Positions 20,379 to 30,274 of a stretch of 64,000 bases of DNA are shown in pieces. A program made the translations under genes and the position numbers. The stretch is from the sequence record SRR31156797_6845. One strand, 5' to 3'. Within the stretch, counting starts at the first letter, position 1, and every line of letters starts with the position of its first letter. The notes under the pieces are model-generated. The model was not told the origin of the DNA. It ran no database searches and worked only from the letters and a program-made list of their open reading frames with translations.

Positions 20379-20990
20379 CTAAATACCGCCTTTTGCCATC
20401 CATCCAAGCATAAGTACTCCCACCGCAGCGATCCAACTACCGACTACCCTCACTGCCACGTGTGTCCAGGCAGGTCGAAGTGAAATAACGAAGCTCGAGA
20501 TTATAGCAACCAAGACAAAGAGCGTTGCAGCGGTACCAACTAAGCCTAATATCCCTGAATCACCTTTCATGGCTATGCCATTATAAAAACCGTGTATACC
20601 ACCTACTGTTACAACTAATACAGTAGTAATATTGTCTGGAAGCTTGAGATCGGCGGCAATGCAAGCACCCAGGAGAAAAAACGAGAGCATTGGCAGATGG
20701 AAAAGCGATGAACTTGTAACCAACAGCCCAACCAATCCACCTATCAACCAGGCTAAAGGAAAAAAGAATAACGTCCGCCTTCCTTGAATTACACCTCTAA
20801 GTCCAGCATACAAACATACTGCTACTGCTGGTATAAAATCTTCAGGTGTTAATAGGAGGTGGCCTATACCATCATAGACGGGTCCCATACCAGTTGTTAC
20901 CAGATGAGCTGCTGCATCTTGAGGGTGCAGTATTACTAGAAATATTGTTGTGTGGGTAAGGAGCAGTATCCCTGATTTCAGCCTATTCAT
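20379..20990 (-). CDS. HupE/UreJ family membrane protein
   Basis: AAAHLVTTG, DGIGH, IHGFYNG, RVVGSWIAA; ATGA overlap with upstream gene. Confidence 0.82.
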   Translation of the reverse strand: MNRLKSGILLLTHTTIFLVILHPQDAAAHLVTTGMGPVYDGIGHLLLTPEDFIPAVAVCLYAGLRGVIQGRRTLFFFPLAWLIGGLVGLLVTSSSLFHLPMLSFFLLGACIAADLKLPDNITTVLVVTVGGIHGFYNGIAMKGDSGILGLVGTAATLFVLVAIISSFVISLRPAWTHVAVRVVGSWIAAVGVLMLGWMAKGGI

Positions 20991-21598
20991 GCCAGCGCCT
21001 GCCACAAGAAAAAAATTCCCATGGCGGTGATAAAAGCTCCGGAAGTACGCAATACCAGCTGGCCTGATGGCCAGCGATGAATCAGGCCGATAGCAATGCC
21101 AACACCATGTAAACATCCAGTAGCAATGACAAACCCTATACTGTAAAGGAGGCCGCTTTGCCCTGCAGGCAATTCAGTACCGTGCGCGTGACCATGAAAA
21201 ATAGAGAAACAACCAACAATAATTATGGCTACTGTCAGTTTCGAGTGCACCTCACCTAAAACCATTAATCCAAGAACGATAGCTGATGCAGCAATACCAA
21301 CTTCGATTCCTGGAACGAGAATACCAAGTAACCCCATCATGGCACCCAGTGACATCATCAAGGGAAAGGTTATCGGGAGAACCCAGACAGCAGGGTTTCC
21401 AAGTTGTGCTCCCCAGAGTCCGACTGCAACCATAGCTATGACATGATCAAGTCCGGACCAGGGATGTTCGAGGCCTGTGAGGAGACTGACACCCTGACCC
21501 TGTTGAACATGAGCGAGAACAGGAGCAGCGTAGACAAGACAGCCTGTAAAGAAAAAAAGACATATCAGCGAATTGTAACGGGTTCGATGACCGATCAT
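20987..21598 (-). CDS. HupE/UreJ family Ni/Co-permease-like protein
   Basis: LAH, HPWSGLDHVIAMVAVGLW, FHGHAHGTELP, ATGCLH; ATGA overlap. Confidence 0.9.
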   Translation of the reverse strand: MIGHRTRYNSLICLFFFTGCLVYAAPVLAHVQQGQGVSLLTGLEHPWSGLDHVIAMVAVGLWGAQLGNPAVWVLPITFPLMMSLGAMMGLLGILVPGIEVGIAASAIVLGLMVLGEVHSKLTVAIIIVGCFSIFHGHAHGTELPAGQSGLLYSIGFVIATGCLHGVGIAIGLIHRWPSGQLVLRTSGAFITAMGIFFLWQALA

Positions 21599-22605
21599 TT
21601 TAAAAGGCCTCCAATAAAAATGGCTGTCCGTTGAAATGTCCAGTATGCCCCCAGACTTCCTACTGTGTACCCTGGCAGAACCATAACCCATTGCGGCCAA
21701 TGAATCTGGAGGATCCTAAAAGAACTCGCCAGGGCCAAGGCAATAAAGATAAAGGTCAGCTGCCCTAACTCAACACCGACATTAAAGCTCAGTAAAGCCC
21801 AGGGGAGTTCAGCTTTAGGCATTCCTGTTGTGGTAAGACCGCTGGCGAATCCAAACCCATGAAGTAACCCAAATAAAAATGCAACAACCCAAGGGTATTT
21901 GATGGTGAGACTTGTACCTCCACCCCGTGAACGGAAAATTTCCGGTCCCAGGAAAAGTATACTAAGGGCTATAGCTGCATTGAGTGGTGGAAGAGGTATG
22001 TTAGCCAAGCCCAAAGTGGCAAGAGCCAGGGTGATACTGTGGGCAAAAGTAAAGGAAGTGATAGTCTTGATAAGTGTTGCTCTGTTCTGCACGATAAAGA
22101 GCAAACCTAATACAAAGAGAAGGTGATCAACACCGAGAAAAATATGGTAAACCCCGAGTAAGATATATTCTCCTGCCGTAGTATGCCAAGATCGATCACC
22201 TCGAAGTTCTGTAAACGGTTTTGTAGGCCGAACCACAGAGGTCATTGTAGTGGAATCCAGACGATTTAATCGAACATACACATCCGTTATTGTCGACTCA
22301 AGACCTGGAAAACGAATTATTGCTCCCTCAATGCTTTTTGATTCAACTTCTACCACCCAACGAAAAATGGTTGAATCAACCATATGTCGCTCAGTAGGCT
22401 GGATAATATTCTTCCAGTTTTCGGGCATTTGTAAACGAGCAGGGTGAGGTTTGCCATAATAGATAGGCGCCTTCCAGGTTACATCGTATCTATCAGGGTT
22501 CAGCTGGTTAATTTCCAGTGTCCCCGGTTGGGATTCATGAGCAAGAGCTGAGGTAATGCTAGCCAACAGAAGAAGAAACGGGAATAAACAAGTCAAACGA
22601 ATCAC
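21595..22605 (-). CDS. HupE/UreJ_2 family protein with periplasmic N-domain
   Basis: LAHESQP, HIFLGVDHLLF, TSFTFAHSITL, FGLLHGFGFA, FNVGVELGQL. Confidence 0.9.
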   Translation of the reverse strand: MIRLTCLFPFLLLLASITSALAHESQPGTLEINQLNPDRYDVTWKAPIYYGKPHPARLQMPENWKNIIQPTERHMVDSTIFRWVVEVESKSIEGAIIRFPGLESTITDVYVRLNRLDSTTMTSVVRPTKPFTELRGDRSWHTTAGEYILLGVYHIFLGVDHLLFVLGLLFIVQNRATLIKTITSFTFAHSITLALATLGLANIPLPPLNAAIALSILFLGPEIFRSRGGGTSLTIKYPWVVAFLFGLLHGFGFASGLTTTGMPKAELPWALLSFNVGVELGQLTFIFIALALASSFRILQIHWPQWVMVLPGYTVGSLGAYWTFQRTAIFIGGLLK

Positions 22606-23504
22606 AACAGATCCTCCTGAGCCGCTTGAACTTCTGGCACTACCTGAGCATTTTTGCCCCCACCCTTCTGATGTTCAATGACAATGGTGTATTTGTCACG
22701 GAGTCCTTTATAAATGTTTTCTTTGAGTTCTTTTTTGGTAGCAGCGCTCCATTCCCATTCGACTGTATCCTTGATTTCATCTAAACGTGGTAGCCTGGCG
22801 GCAACGTGGTCGGTAACAAAAATCAGGTGAAGGCCGTAACCGGATTGAACAGGGCCACTCCACTGCCCTGGGACCATCTTGGCCAGGTCGAGGCTGAATG
22901 GTTTTCCAAATAGCTTTGTAATTTCACTGACAGGAGTTAGGCCAAATGCTTTTGGTTGCATTAACCTGTCACCTAAAGAATCTGGATCAGTATTATTATT
23001 CTCCGACAATATGGACAGTATTTGAACTGCCTCCTCATCTGCCGTGATACCTCGTTGAGTTACATCAATAAAGACATGGCGAAAGGCTACCTGCGGTTCA
23101 ATGTTAAATTTATCAGGATTGCTTTCTAGAAACTGTTGGAGCTGTTCATCTGTTGGGATTACAGTCCCAGCTAGATCATCACTCATCAACTCCAGTTTTT
23201 GTCTCAAACGGTTGCGAATAACCGGATCATTCTTGTCTAGCCCAAGGCCCAAGGCTTCACGATATAAAATCTCTTCACGTAAATAGCTGTCTACGAGTCC
23301 TGCAAGTTCCTCCTCTGACGGGGTCCGTTGCCGGGTTCTGGCATAACTCGCCTTCAAAAACTCTATCTGCCCCTCTGTAATGACGATCCGACTCGATTCT
23401 TTATCGATCGGATCGTCAAACACTTCGAATAGCAGAAAAAGCGCTGCCCCTATCAATAGAAAGTGAACCAGGGGTTCCCTAAGTAATGATCTCACAGTTA
23501 TCAA
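22602..23504 (-). CDS. Membrane-anchored parvulin/PpiC-type (rotamase-like) protein
   Basis: LREPLVHFLLIG, EEILYREAL.LGLD..D.VIR.RL.QK, WSGPVQSGYGLHL. Confidence 0.88.
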   Translation of the reverse strand: MITVRSLLREPLVHFLLIGAALFLLFEVFDDPIDKESSRIVITEGQIEFLKASYARTRQRTPSEEELAGLVDSYLREEILYREALGLGLDKNDPVIRNRLRQKLELMSDDLAGTVIPTDEQLQQFLESNPDKFNIEPQVAFRHVFIDVTQRGITADEEAVQILSILSENNNTDPDSLGDRLMQPKAFGLTPVSEITKLFGKPFSLDLAKMVPGQWSGPVQSGYGLHLIFVTDHVAARLPRLDEIKDTVEWEWSAATKKELKENIYKGLRDKYTIVIEHQKGGGKNAQVVPEVQAAQEDLL

Positions 23505-23509
23505 TAGGA

Positions 23510-25453
23510 TTAAGGCATATACCAGATAGGCGATGAATAGGCCCTTTCCTGATGAATCAGTTTCGCTTCTTTGGGAACTTCTGCACCGAGGCGTACTTTA
23601 TCATACAGAACCCAACGTGGTGTAGGGATTTCCAGAATCCGGGTATAATAGAAAGCCTTTACATTTGGGTCAAAATCAGGATCAGTCCAAATAGCACTCA
23701 GTTCTGCTGCTCCAATAGTATTTGTCCAGGTTGCAGCTTCAAGATCAACGGTGTTACCAACCGGCGTCTTACAGCGACCGTCTTTTCCAATAGATCTCCC
23801 GTCTGATACCGCTACATCATAAATACGCTCATGGGTTTTGCCATCTTTGTCAAGCCAGCCTTTGATAATTTGGACACGGTCTAGATTCGCACCAACAGGG
23901 TCACGCAATGCCACTACCATAAAGTTTGGCCCTTTATCTGCAGTCGCCTTGGTCAAATCTCCGCCCATTGGAACGCCCTTTTCGTACCCTATAAAAGCTG
24001 GAGTACGGCTGCGCAAATCATTATCTTCATAATCCCAACCACCAAAAAAACGAACTATCATACGGGGGCCGGTAGTTGCATATGTTTCCTTACGCTGCAT
24101 GGCGTCAAAAATAGCCTCACGAGTATTCTCTGTTGCCCAGACAGCTTGATAACCAGATGCAGAAAGCTCATAGCCTTCAATAGCTCCAAGTTTTGACTTA
24201 ACAAAGGGGTGCATTACTCGAGTTGGAGAAGGTTCTACGCTGGTAGATTTACCAAAAAAGTTATCCTCCTCTGCAGTTGCAAGACCAGTGTGACTGTCAG
24301 TTGCCCCAATCATGCCGAATTTGTAAGGATTTGTGCCAAATTGCTGTTCAAGGACCAGACCATTTTTAAGGGCTTCACGTGCATATTCCCGCTGTAGCAT
24401 ATCAGGTTTCTTCAGTTCTGTGATATCCAGGTTGCCCTTGTCCAAGGTTTCGTAATCGGCAAATTCGTCATTGGGTGAAAGAGATGGGTGTGTCTCCCCG
24501 TCGCCTTTTATTTGAGTTACTTCATATAGTGGTTCCCACTTTGCACGTTGTTTTACATAATTTTCATCAACCTTTCCTCCTGCATAGGTATCTACCATAG
24601 GAAACATCCAACCGTTGGAGAGGTTACCGTTATGAGAAATTGCAAATGCTTGACCACCAGTTTTTGTCTTGTACGTCTCTAACCATTTGTACAAATCCAA
24701 TGGGTCCTGCGTTCCAAGGGGAGGTTGAGTTGTGAGCGGTATTACCATCCGTGCCCGGATACCGTCGTCACGCAAAATAACGTTGCGATGCAGATTGAAG
24801 CCTTTAGGAACTGACGTCCACTCAAAACCGATCAAGGCGGTAAAATGACCAGGGTCGTTAAATTGATCGGCAAGCTTTGTCGTACTATCCCAAATATTAT
24901 TATAGATTGAAGATCCTGGAGAATATTGAGCAACAAGTTCCTCAGGGATAGTCATCTGGGAAAAATTGGTGATGAGGTCAAAAGCAGCTTTTCCAGCAGC
25001 CTCACCACCTTTTGCAAAACCTTCAGCCCATTCTTTACCTTTTGGAATTGCCATAATGTTAGCTGCCCCACGTTGGATATCAGTGGCAATTCCCATCATG
25101 TCAGAATGGTCTGTTATTACCAGCCAGTCCAGCGGCCGACTTAGCTTGACAGGCAGGCCAGTCGACGATTTAATTTCTTCACCACGGGCAAGACGGTAGG
25201 CATCTTCATGGCCGAGAGTATTGCCAAACAGCCCGGCATCAAGGGATAACCCCGTATGCAGGTGAGTATCCCCCCAGTAGACACGGCTAGGGAAGCTGCG
25301 TTGAGCGTAGGGTGAATAGGTCTTACCAGGGTATAAGCTCTCAATGACTTCAAGATTAGGACTTCCCATGTCCATTGCCAGTGCTGCTGTTGACATCGCA
25401 GGGATAGTTAAAAAAAGAATGCACTTCTTGATCAGTTTACGATTAATGCTCAT
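23510..25453 (-). CDS. DUF3604 exported PHP-like metalloprotein
   Basis: Signal peptide; [52 protein letters not shown]-terminal [11 protein letters not shown]. Confidence 0.9.
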   Translation of the reverse strand: MSINRKLIKKCILFLTIPAMSTAALAMDMGSPNLEVIESLYPGKTYSPYAQRSFPSRVYWGDTHLHTGLSLDAGLFGNTLGHEDAYRLARGEEIKSSTGLPVKLSRPLDWLVITDHSDMMGIATDIQRGAANIMAIPKGKEWAEGFAKGGEAAGKAAFDLITNFSQMTIPEELVAQYSPGSSIYNNIWDSTTKLADQFNDPGHFTALIGFEWTSVPKGFNLHRNVILRDDGIRARMVIPLTTQPPLGTQDPLDLYKWLETYKTKTGGQAFAISHNGNLSNGWMFPMVDTYAGGKVDENYVKQRAKWEPLYEVTQIKGDGETHPSLSPNDEFADYETLDKGNLDITELKKPDMLQREYAREALKNGLVLEQQFGTNPYKFGMIGATDSHTGLATAEEDNFFGKSTSVEPSPTRVMHPFVKSKLGAIEGYELSASGYQAVWATENTREAIFDAMQRKETYATTGPRMIVRFFGGWDYEDNDLRSRTPAFIGYEKGVPMGGDLTKATADKGPNFMVVALRDPVGANLDRVQIIKGWLDKDGKTHERIYDVAVSDGRSIGKDGRCKTPVGNTVDLEAATWTNTIGAAELSAIWTDPDFDPNVKAFYYTRILEIPTPRWVLYDKVRLGAEVPKEAKLIHQERAYSSPIWYMP

Positions 25454-25833
25454 TTCTCATCCTCCGTACTAATTTTGTTGGGGGAAAGTTGGCACAAAGT
25501 TGAACTCACAAAATATTTTCCTTATGTATAAGGCAGTTAGCTGTAAATCAGCCAATCTTCCAATGAAAACAAGAGTAAAAAATAATGGAGCAAGACAATA
25601 AAATGTATATTTTCATGTACTGTTGTGCACTCGGAAGAAAGCACAATGAAACTTCTCCCTCAGTTAAGATTAATTAGCAGCCATTAAGCTGCTAAAAAAC
25701 AATGAACATCCCGGTTTGAATATCAAGACGCCACTTGGTTACTGTTGGAAATAGTTTGAAAAATTTTCTAAATCTAGAATGCATATATTCGCCATCCAGA
25801 AAACTATTATAAAATATACTCAGTTACGGCAGC

Positions 25834-25887
25834 TTGACAAATATTATAAATGAGCATTAAATGAGTACACTAAATGCTCATTTAATG
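25834..25887 (+). promoter_or_regulatory. Putative sigma70 promoter overlapped by nested inverted repeats
   Basis: TTGACA 25834, TTAAAT 17 nt later; TAAATGAGCATT/AATGCTCATTTA and CATTAAATGAG/CTCATTTAATG inverted pairs. Confidence 0.6.
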
Positions 25888-25901
25888 GGAGTCGATATAT
25901 C

Positions 25902-27239
25902 ATGGAAAGCAACAATCAAAGAATGGAAGCCACATTTAACCCTACCGACTTCAACAGTTCAGGTAATACACTTGAACTACTCTCAAAATTGATCATCCAT
26001 AGCCCTTACGGGTATATAGTTACAGACTGCACAAAAACAGACAGTCCCGTTATCTTCGTAAACCAGGCTTTTCAAGCATTAACCGGTTACACATCCGAAG
26101 AAATTATTGGTCATAGTTGTAGACTTTTATTGGGGCATGATACCGAACAGAGTTCTCTTGAGGCAATGCGCCGTGCTTGTCAAAGCGGACACGAATACAC
26201 TACTGTAGTCCGCAACTACAAGAAGGATGGATCGCTTTTTTATAACGAACTATCTATGGTGCCAATCAATGATCAGGACGGGAATACAAAAAATCGTTCT
26301 TGGATGCTCAAAGATATCACTGACCAAGTTGAAATAATTGAAAATTTGGAAACTGATATAACCCTCAAAGAGAACAGGTTAAATGCATATTTAACTAACT
26401 CAAAAGAGGCGATTTGGCGTATTGATTTCAACCCTCCCCTATCGCTTGAAGAGCCTGAATCCGTACAGGTTCGGCAACTTCTCAACAATAGTATCTTTAC
26501 TGAAGCAAACGATGTAGCTGCCAAAATATATGGGTTGGAAAAGGGAACCGATATAATTGGAATGCGACTCAATAAATTCATGAAGACTTCTGATCCTGAA
26601 AACCAGAAACAGATGACCAAACTTGTGCAAAGTAACTTCCGCTTGGACAACTTGATCTCAAAAGAAATATCGGTTGATGGTACCTCTAAAATGTTATGGA
26701 ATAATATCACCCCCTCGATCCTCCATGGTAAGGTGATATCCATTTGGGGAACAAGTCTCGAAGTATCGGATCTTTTTAAAACTCAAAAAGAACTTAAGAA
26801 ATCCCAAAAAAGACTCAAAAAGAAAGAAAAAAAACTACGAAAAAAAAATGTTGCGCTTAAGGAACTCATAGTTCAGGTCGATTTCGAAAAAAATCATTTT
26901 AAAGATCGCATCATCGCTAACATTCAACATATCCTATTGCCATCTTTAGATAGGATTAAGTTAAACCGAGGAGGCCTGGAACACATAGAGCAATTAAGAA
27001 AAGACCTTGAAGACCTCACTTCATCCTTCGGTTATAAAATAGCACATGAAAAAACGAAATTATCTCCCCGCGAAGTTGAAATCTGCAATTTAGTTAAAAG
27101 TGGTTTATCGAATAAAGAAATTTCCAGCTTGCTAAATATTGCCCTTTACACAGTCCAAAAGCATCGGCGTGTAGCTAGAAAAAAAATGGGGATCACTAAC
27201 AAAAGTATTAATTTACAAACCTATCTTAATTCACTCTAA
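25902..27239 (+). CDS. LOV-like PAS-PAS-coiled coil-LuxR HTH transcriptional regulator
   Basis: IGHSCRLL, RNYKKDG..FYNEL PAS; C-terminal LSPREVEICNLVKSGLSNKEIS..LNI...TV.KHR...RKKMG. Confidence 0.88.
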   Translation: MESNNQRMEATFNPTDFNSSGNTLELLSKLIIHSPYGYIVTDCTKTDSPVIFVNQAFQALTGYTSEEIIGHSCRLLLGHDTEQSSLEAMRRACQSGHEYTTVVRNYKKDGSLFYNELSMVPINDQDGNTKNRSWMLKDITDQVEIIENLETDITLKENRLNAYLTNSKEAIWRIDFNPPLSLEEPESVQVRQLLNNSIFTEANDVAAKIYGLEKGTDIIGMRLNKFMKTSDPENQKQMTKLVQSNFRLDNLISKEISVDGTSKMLWNNITPSILHGKVISIWGTSLEVSDLFKTQKELKKSQKRLKKKEKKLRKKNVALKELIVQVDFEKNHFKDRIIANIQHILLPSLDRIKLNRGGLEHIEQLRKDLEDLTSSFGYKIAHEKTKLSPREVEICNLVKSGLSNKEISSLLNIALYTVQKHRRVARKKMGITNKSINLQTYLNSL

Positions 27240-27613
27240 AACAAACAAAATATTTCAGGGACCGTGATGCTAAAAATCTGTCAATCAAAAAGTAACCAGC
27301 CAGTATGGCTTATTTCATAATATCTAGATAATACATAACAAAAATTTACGAAAACTGTATTGCTACTTCCATATATTTAACTGGTTTAAGGCTAAACGGA
27401 AACTGCTGGTATACTTACAAAGTGATGTGAAAAATGAATTAGAAGGAGCACCATGCCGTATCGGTATGAGCATCAACTTCTAAAACACTGTTGTATCAAT
27501 TATTAAAACAGGAAGGTGTTCCCCTGACAGGGGAACGAGGGTCTTGGCTGAATATTTAGCATTGCTTACACAAAGAGCATATGTGTCCAGCTTTTTTTTC
27601 TCTAACTGACAAA

Positions 27614-27646
27614 CAAAAAAACCCAGTCAAATCAATGACCAGGTTT
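27614..27646 (-). terminator. Terminator after ssb
   Basis: Minus strand ACCTGGTCA...TGACTGGGT followed by T-run. Confidence 0.65.
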
Positions 27647-27676
27647 TATTATTTTCAATTTTTCACTTGCTCTAGA

Positions 27677-28099
27677 CTAAAACGGTACATCATCTGCCAT
27701 TGGCGGCGGTTCCTGTGGAAAATCACCAAAACTGCCTCCACCATCTCCGCCGCCAGTCATTCCCGCACCAGCACCTCGAGGGGTCAGCATTTTCATTTCC
27801 CTTGCCACAATCTCAGTGGTATATCTGTCATTACCATTCTGATCCTGCCATTTCCTAGTCTGCAGCTTTCCTTCTATGTAGACCCTGGACCCTTTTGACA
27901 GATACTCACCGCAAATCTCTGCAAGACGTTGCCAGGCAACTATCCGATGCCATTCTGTCTGCTCCTGCATTTGACCATCTTTACCTTTCCATCTCTCGGT
28001 TGTTGCCACGTTAAAAGAGGCAACCGGTGCGCCACTCTGAGTATATCGTATTTCAGGGTCAGCGCCAAGATTACCGATAAGAATTGCTTTATTAATCAT
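27677..28099 (-). CDS. ssb: Single-stranded DNA-binding protein
   Basis: [32 protein letters not shown], acidic DDVPF tail. Confidence 0.97.
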   Translation of the reverse strand: MINKAILIGNLGADPEIRYTQSGAPVASFNVATTERWKGKDGQMQEQTEWHRIVAWQRLAEICGEYLSKGSRVYIEGKLQTRKWQDQNGNDRYTTEIVAREMKMLTPRGAGAGMTGGGDGGGSFGDFPQEPPPMADDVPF

Positions 28100-28170
28100 T
28101 ATTCACCTGTTGTTTAAAATTCAGTTTACAATTTCTCTTATACTTTTGATTTTTAAAAATTACAAAATAA

Positions 28171-29298
28171 TCATTGGCCGGAAACACTGACCGATCGGTC
28201 CAGCATCTTTTCCAACCCTCCATGCTCTTCTGGAGTATAACCAAATACCTCCTGCCATATTTCGCTGCTTTCCATGCAAAAGTATACACAGGTCCGTTCT
28301 GCAGTATATTTTTTTAATTCGTCAAGAATGAATTGATACATGGCGACCCTTTGTGGTCGGAAGTAACGGTACTTATTATCAAGGCCATTGACAAATTCTT
28401 CGTAAAAAAAGGTCGAATGAGGAAAACGTTCTGTGGCAATATTCTTTAGTGACGGCAGGTAGCGTAATGCCCCCATGCTTATCCAAGCGATTTTGTCAGC
28501 AGGTACGGCCTGAAACAACCGCCTTATGGTCTCCCGGTACCCTTGCTGCCAGTTATCGTGATAAATGATGGGGTCAAAATGAAAGGCAAGATGATATCCC
28601 CACTCGGCTGCTTCGAATGCAGCCTTGAGGCGTTCGTCGAGAGTTGCAGTACGTAACTCTTCTTTGGCCATTATAATTGGGCTATTAAGTGACCAGGCAA
28701 CTACAGTGCGACCGTTGTGTGGTACGTGTTCAAGCTGCTTAATAATATTGCACTTGGTCTTTAATTCAAGCACAGCATTACCTTTGTTGCTCATATAGCT
28801 GATTAACCGAGAACTTAACCCTGTCAACGAGTCAATGGCAAGGCTATCTGTAAATTCACCGGTCCCTATCCGGTAAAACTGTTCAGGATGGTTGAGCAGC
28901 ACGTTGTCCAATTCGGCAAACATGTCCTCAACATTTACACAGAAACTGAGCCATGGATTGTTCAGATAGGCCTGTAAAATACAGTACACACAATCCATAG
29001 GACAGTTCATTCCTATATTAAGGACCTGGTATCCGCAGCAGGTATATTCCCTCGTCCCCGGACAAGGTTTAAAAAACACCCCCCGATTTTTGCATAACAG
29101 CAAGTGGTGCTTCCCGAAGGTGAGGTTTTCAGGAAAAGTTCCTGGTATATCAGGCAGGGCTCCATCTTTTAGGATGGTAACCGGGAGGTTAGCCCTCTCT
29201 ATTATCTGTTGGGCATATGGGTTGTCCAAGCACTCTTCGGTAACATGAATATGAGTTATATACTGTGCGGGATCACCATAGGAAGAAACTTTATTCAC
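28171..29298 (-). CDS. Spore photoproduct lyase-like radical SAM protein
   Basis: CPMDCVYC radical SAM motif, LQAY, HNGRT..AWSLN, FHFDPII, YFCME. Confidence 0.85.
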   Translation of the reverse strand: MNKVSSYGDPAQYITHIHVTEECLDNPYAQQIIERANLPVTILKDGALPDIPGTFPENLTFGKHHLLLCKNRGVFFKPCPGTREYTCCGYQVLNIGMNCPMDCVYCILQAYLNNPWLSFCVNVEDMFAELDNVLLNHPEQFYRIGTGEFTDSLAIDSLTGLSSRLISYMSNKGNAVLELKTKCNIIKQLEHVPHNGRTVVAWSLNSPIIMAKEELRTATLDERLKAAFEAAEWGYHLAFHFDPIIYHDNWQQGYRETIRRLFQAVPADKIAWISMGALRYLPSLKNIATERFPHSTFFYEEFVNGLDNKYRYFRPQRVAMYQFILDELKKYTAERTCVYFCMESSEIWQEVFGYTPEEHGGLEKMLDRSVSVSGQ

Positions 29299-29300
29299 AC

Positions 29301-30146
29301 TTACTGCTCTCCAATTAGCAAATATTTTTCTGGAAGTTTTAAATAACGCTGCCCCTCATGTTTACGACCGTGTTTAATACATCCATTTCCATAGATAGTA
29401 CACTTCCGCTGCAGTTCTGTAATAACGAGTGACCGCTGCTCTTCGTTTATACGTCTGCTTTCTAGCAAGTTACACAAAGCCTGTATCCGGTATGTATCCA
29501 TCCCCATTCTATGAATAACCGAAAGCTGGTCGCTGCGACCGCCATCTTTACAAAGAAGCGGGGTGTCAATCCGTAAAAAAGGAATAAGACAACTCATTCT
29601 GAGCCAGAGATCATAATCTTCGCAGCATGGCAATTGTTCATCAAAAAAGCCAAATCTATTAAAGCATGTTTTCTTTGCCATCACAGTCGACATTCCGACC
29701 ATGCACATACGCAAACTTGCTTCAAAAATATCTCCATGGGGAGGATCATGTTTCTTTTTCTGATTAACCCTCTCACCGTTGCGATACCATATTTCACGCG
29801 TATGGGATATGAAGAAATGTGGTTGGCTATCCATTGCCTGATACTGCTGTTTTAATTTCCCTGGAAGCCACCAGTCATCGGAATCCAGGAAGGCTACATA
29901 CTCATACCTGCTCAACCTGATTCCTGTATTCCTGGCAGCAGCAGCGCCGCTGTTTTTTTGATACCGGTACGATATTGGAATAGAACTGCTGCAAGAAATA
30001 CCCTGTACCAGCTGCTCAGTATTATCAGTTGACCCGTCGTCGACTATAATCAACTCAGCGGGAGGAAGGGTTTGCTGTATCACCGACGAAATTGAACGAG
30101 AAAGGAAATCAGCTCGGTTAAATGTGGGAATAATAACGGAAATCAC
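29301..30146 (-). CDS. Glycosyltransferase family 2
   Basis: ISVIIPTFNR, VDDGSTD, AARN.G, AFLDSDD, EDYDLW. Confidence 0.92.
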   Translation of the reverse strand: MISVIIPTFNRADFLSRSISSVIQQTLPPAELIIVDDGSTDNTEQLVQGISCSSSIPISYRYQKNSGAAAARNTGIRLSRYEYVAFLDSDDWWLPGKLKQQYQAMDSQPHFFISHTREIWYRNGERVNQKKKHDPPHGDIFEASLRMCMVGMSTVMAKKTCFNRFGFFDEQLPCCEDYDLWLRMSCLIPFLRIDTPLLCKDGGRSDQLSVIHRMGMDTYRIQALCNLLESRRINEEQRSLVITELQRKCTIYGNGCIKHGRKHEGQRYLKLPEKYLLIGEQ

Positions 30147-30274
30147 AAGGAGAAGCTTTCGATTTAATATTTATTTTTGGCAGATTTATCAGGGGTGTAG
30201 TATACTGCTTTGTTAACTGAAAAGTGACATCTGCCTTAATGGTATTCATTTGCTCCGGCGTAGACCGCACATAT

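Noticed and set aside
25489-25505. TTGGCACAAAGTTGAA as a sigma54 promoter
   Set aside because: Lacks the GC at the required GG-N10-GC spacing
26810-26850. Poly-A runs in the LuxR gene as a phase-variation tract
   Set aside because: Explained by Lys-rich coiled-coil codons; frame is intact
27516-27536. GTGTTCCCC...GGGGA resemblance to a type I-E CRISPR repeat
   Set aside because: Single copy, no spacers, no cas genes in the window
15438-27670. Calling the accessory block a mobile element
   Set aside because: No integrase, transposase, flanking tRNA or terminal direct repeats seen
25902-29298. LOV-like regulator and SPL-like enzyme as one light-induced UV-repair system
   Set aside because: They are convergent and separated by ssb and its terminator; the regulator is divergently paired with the DUF3604 operon, so the adjacency may be coincidental
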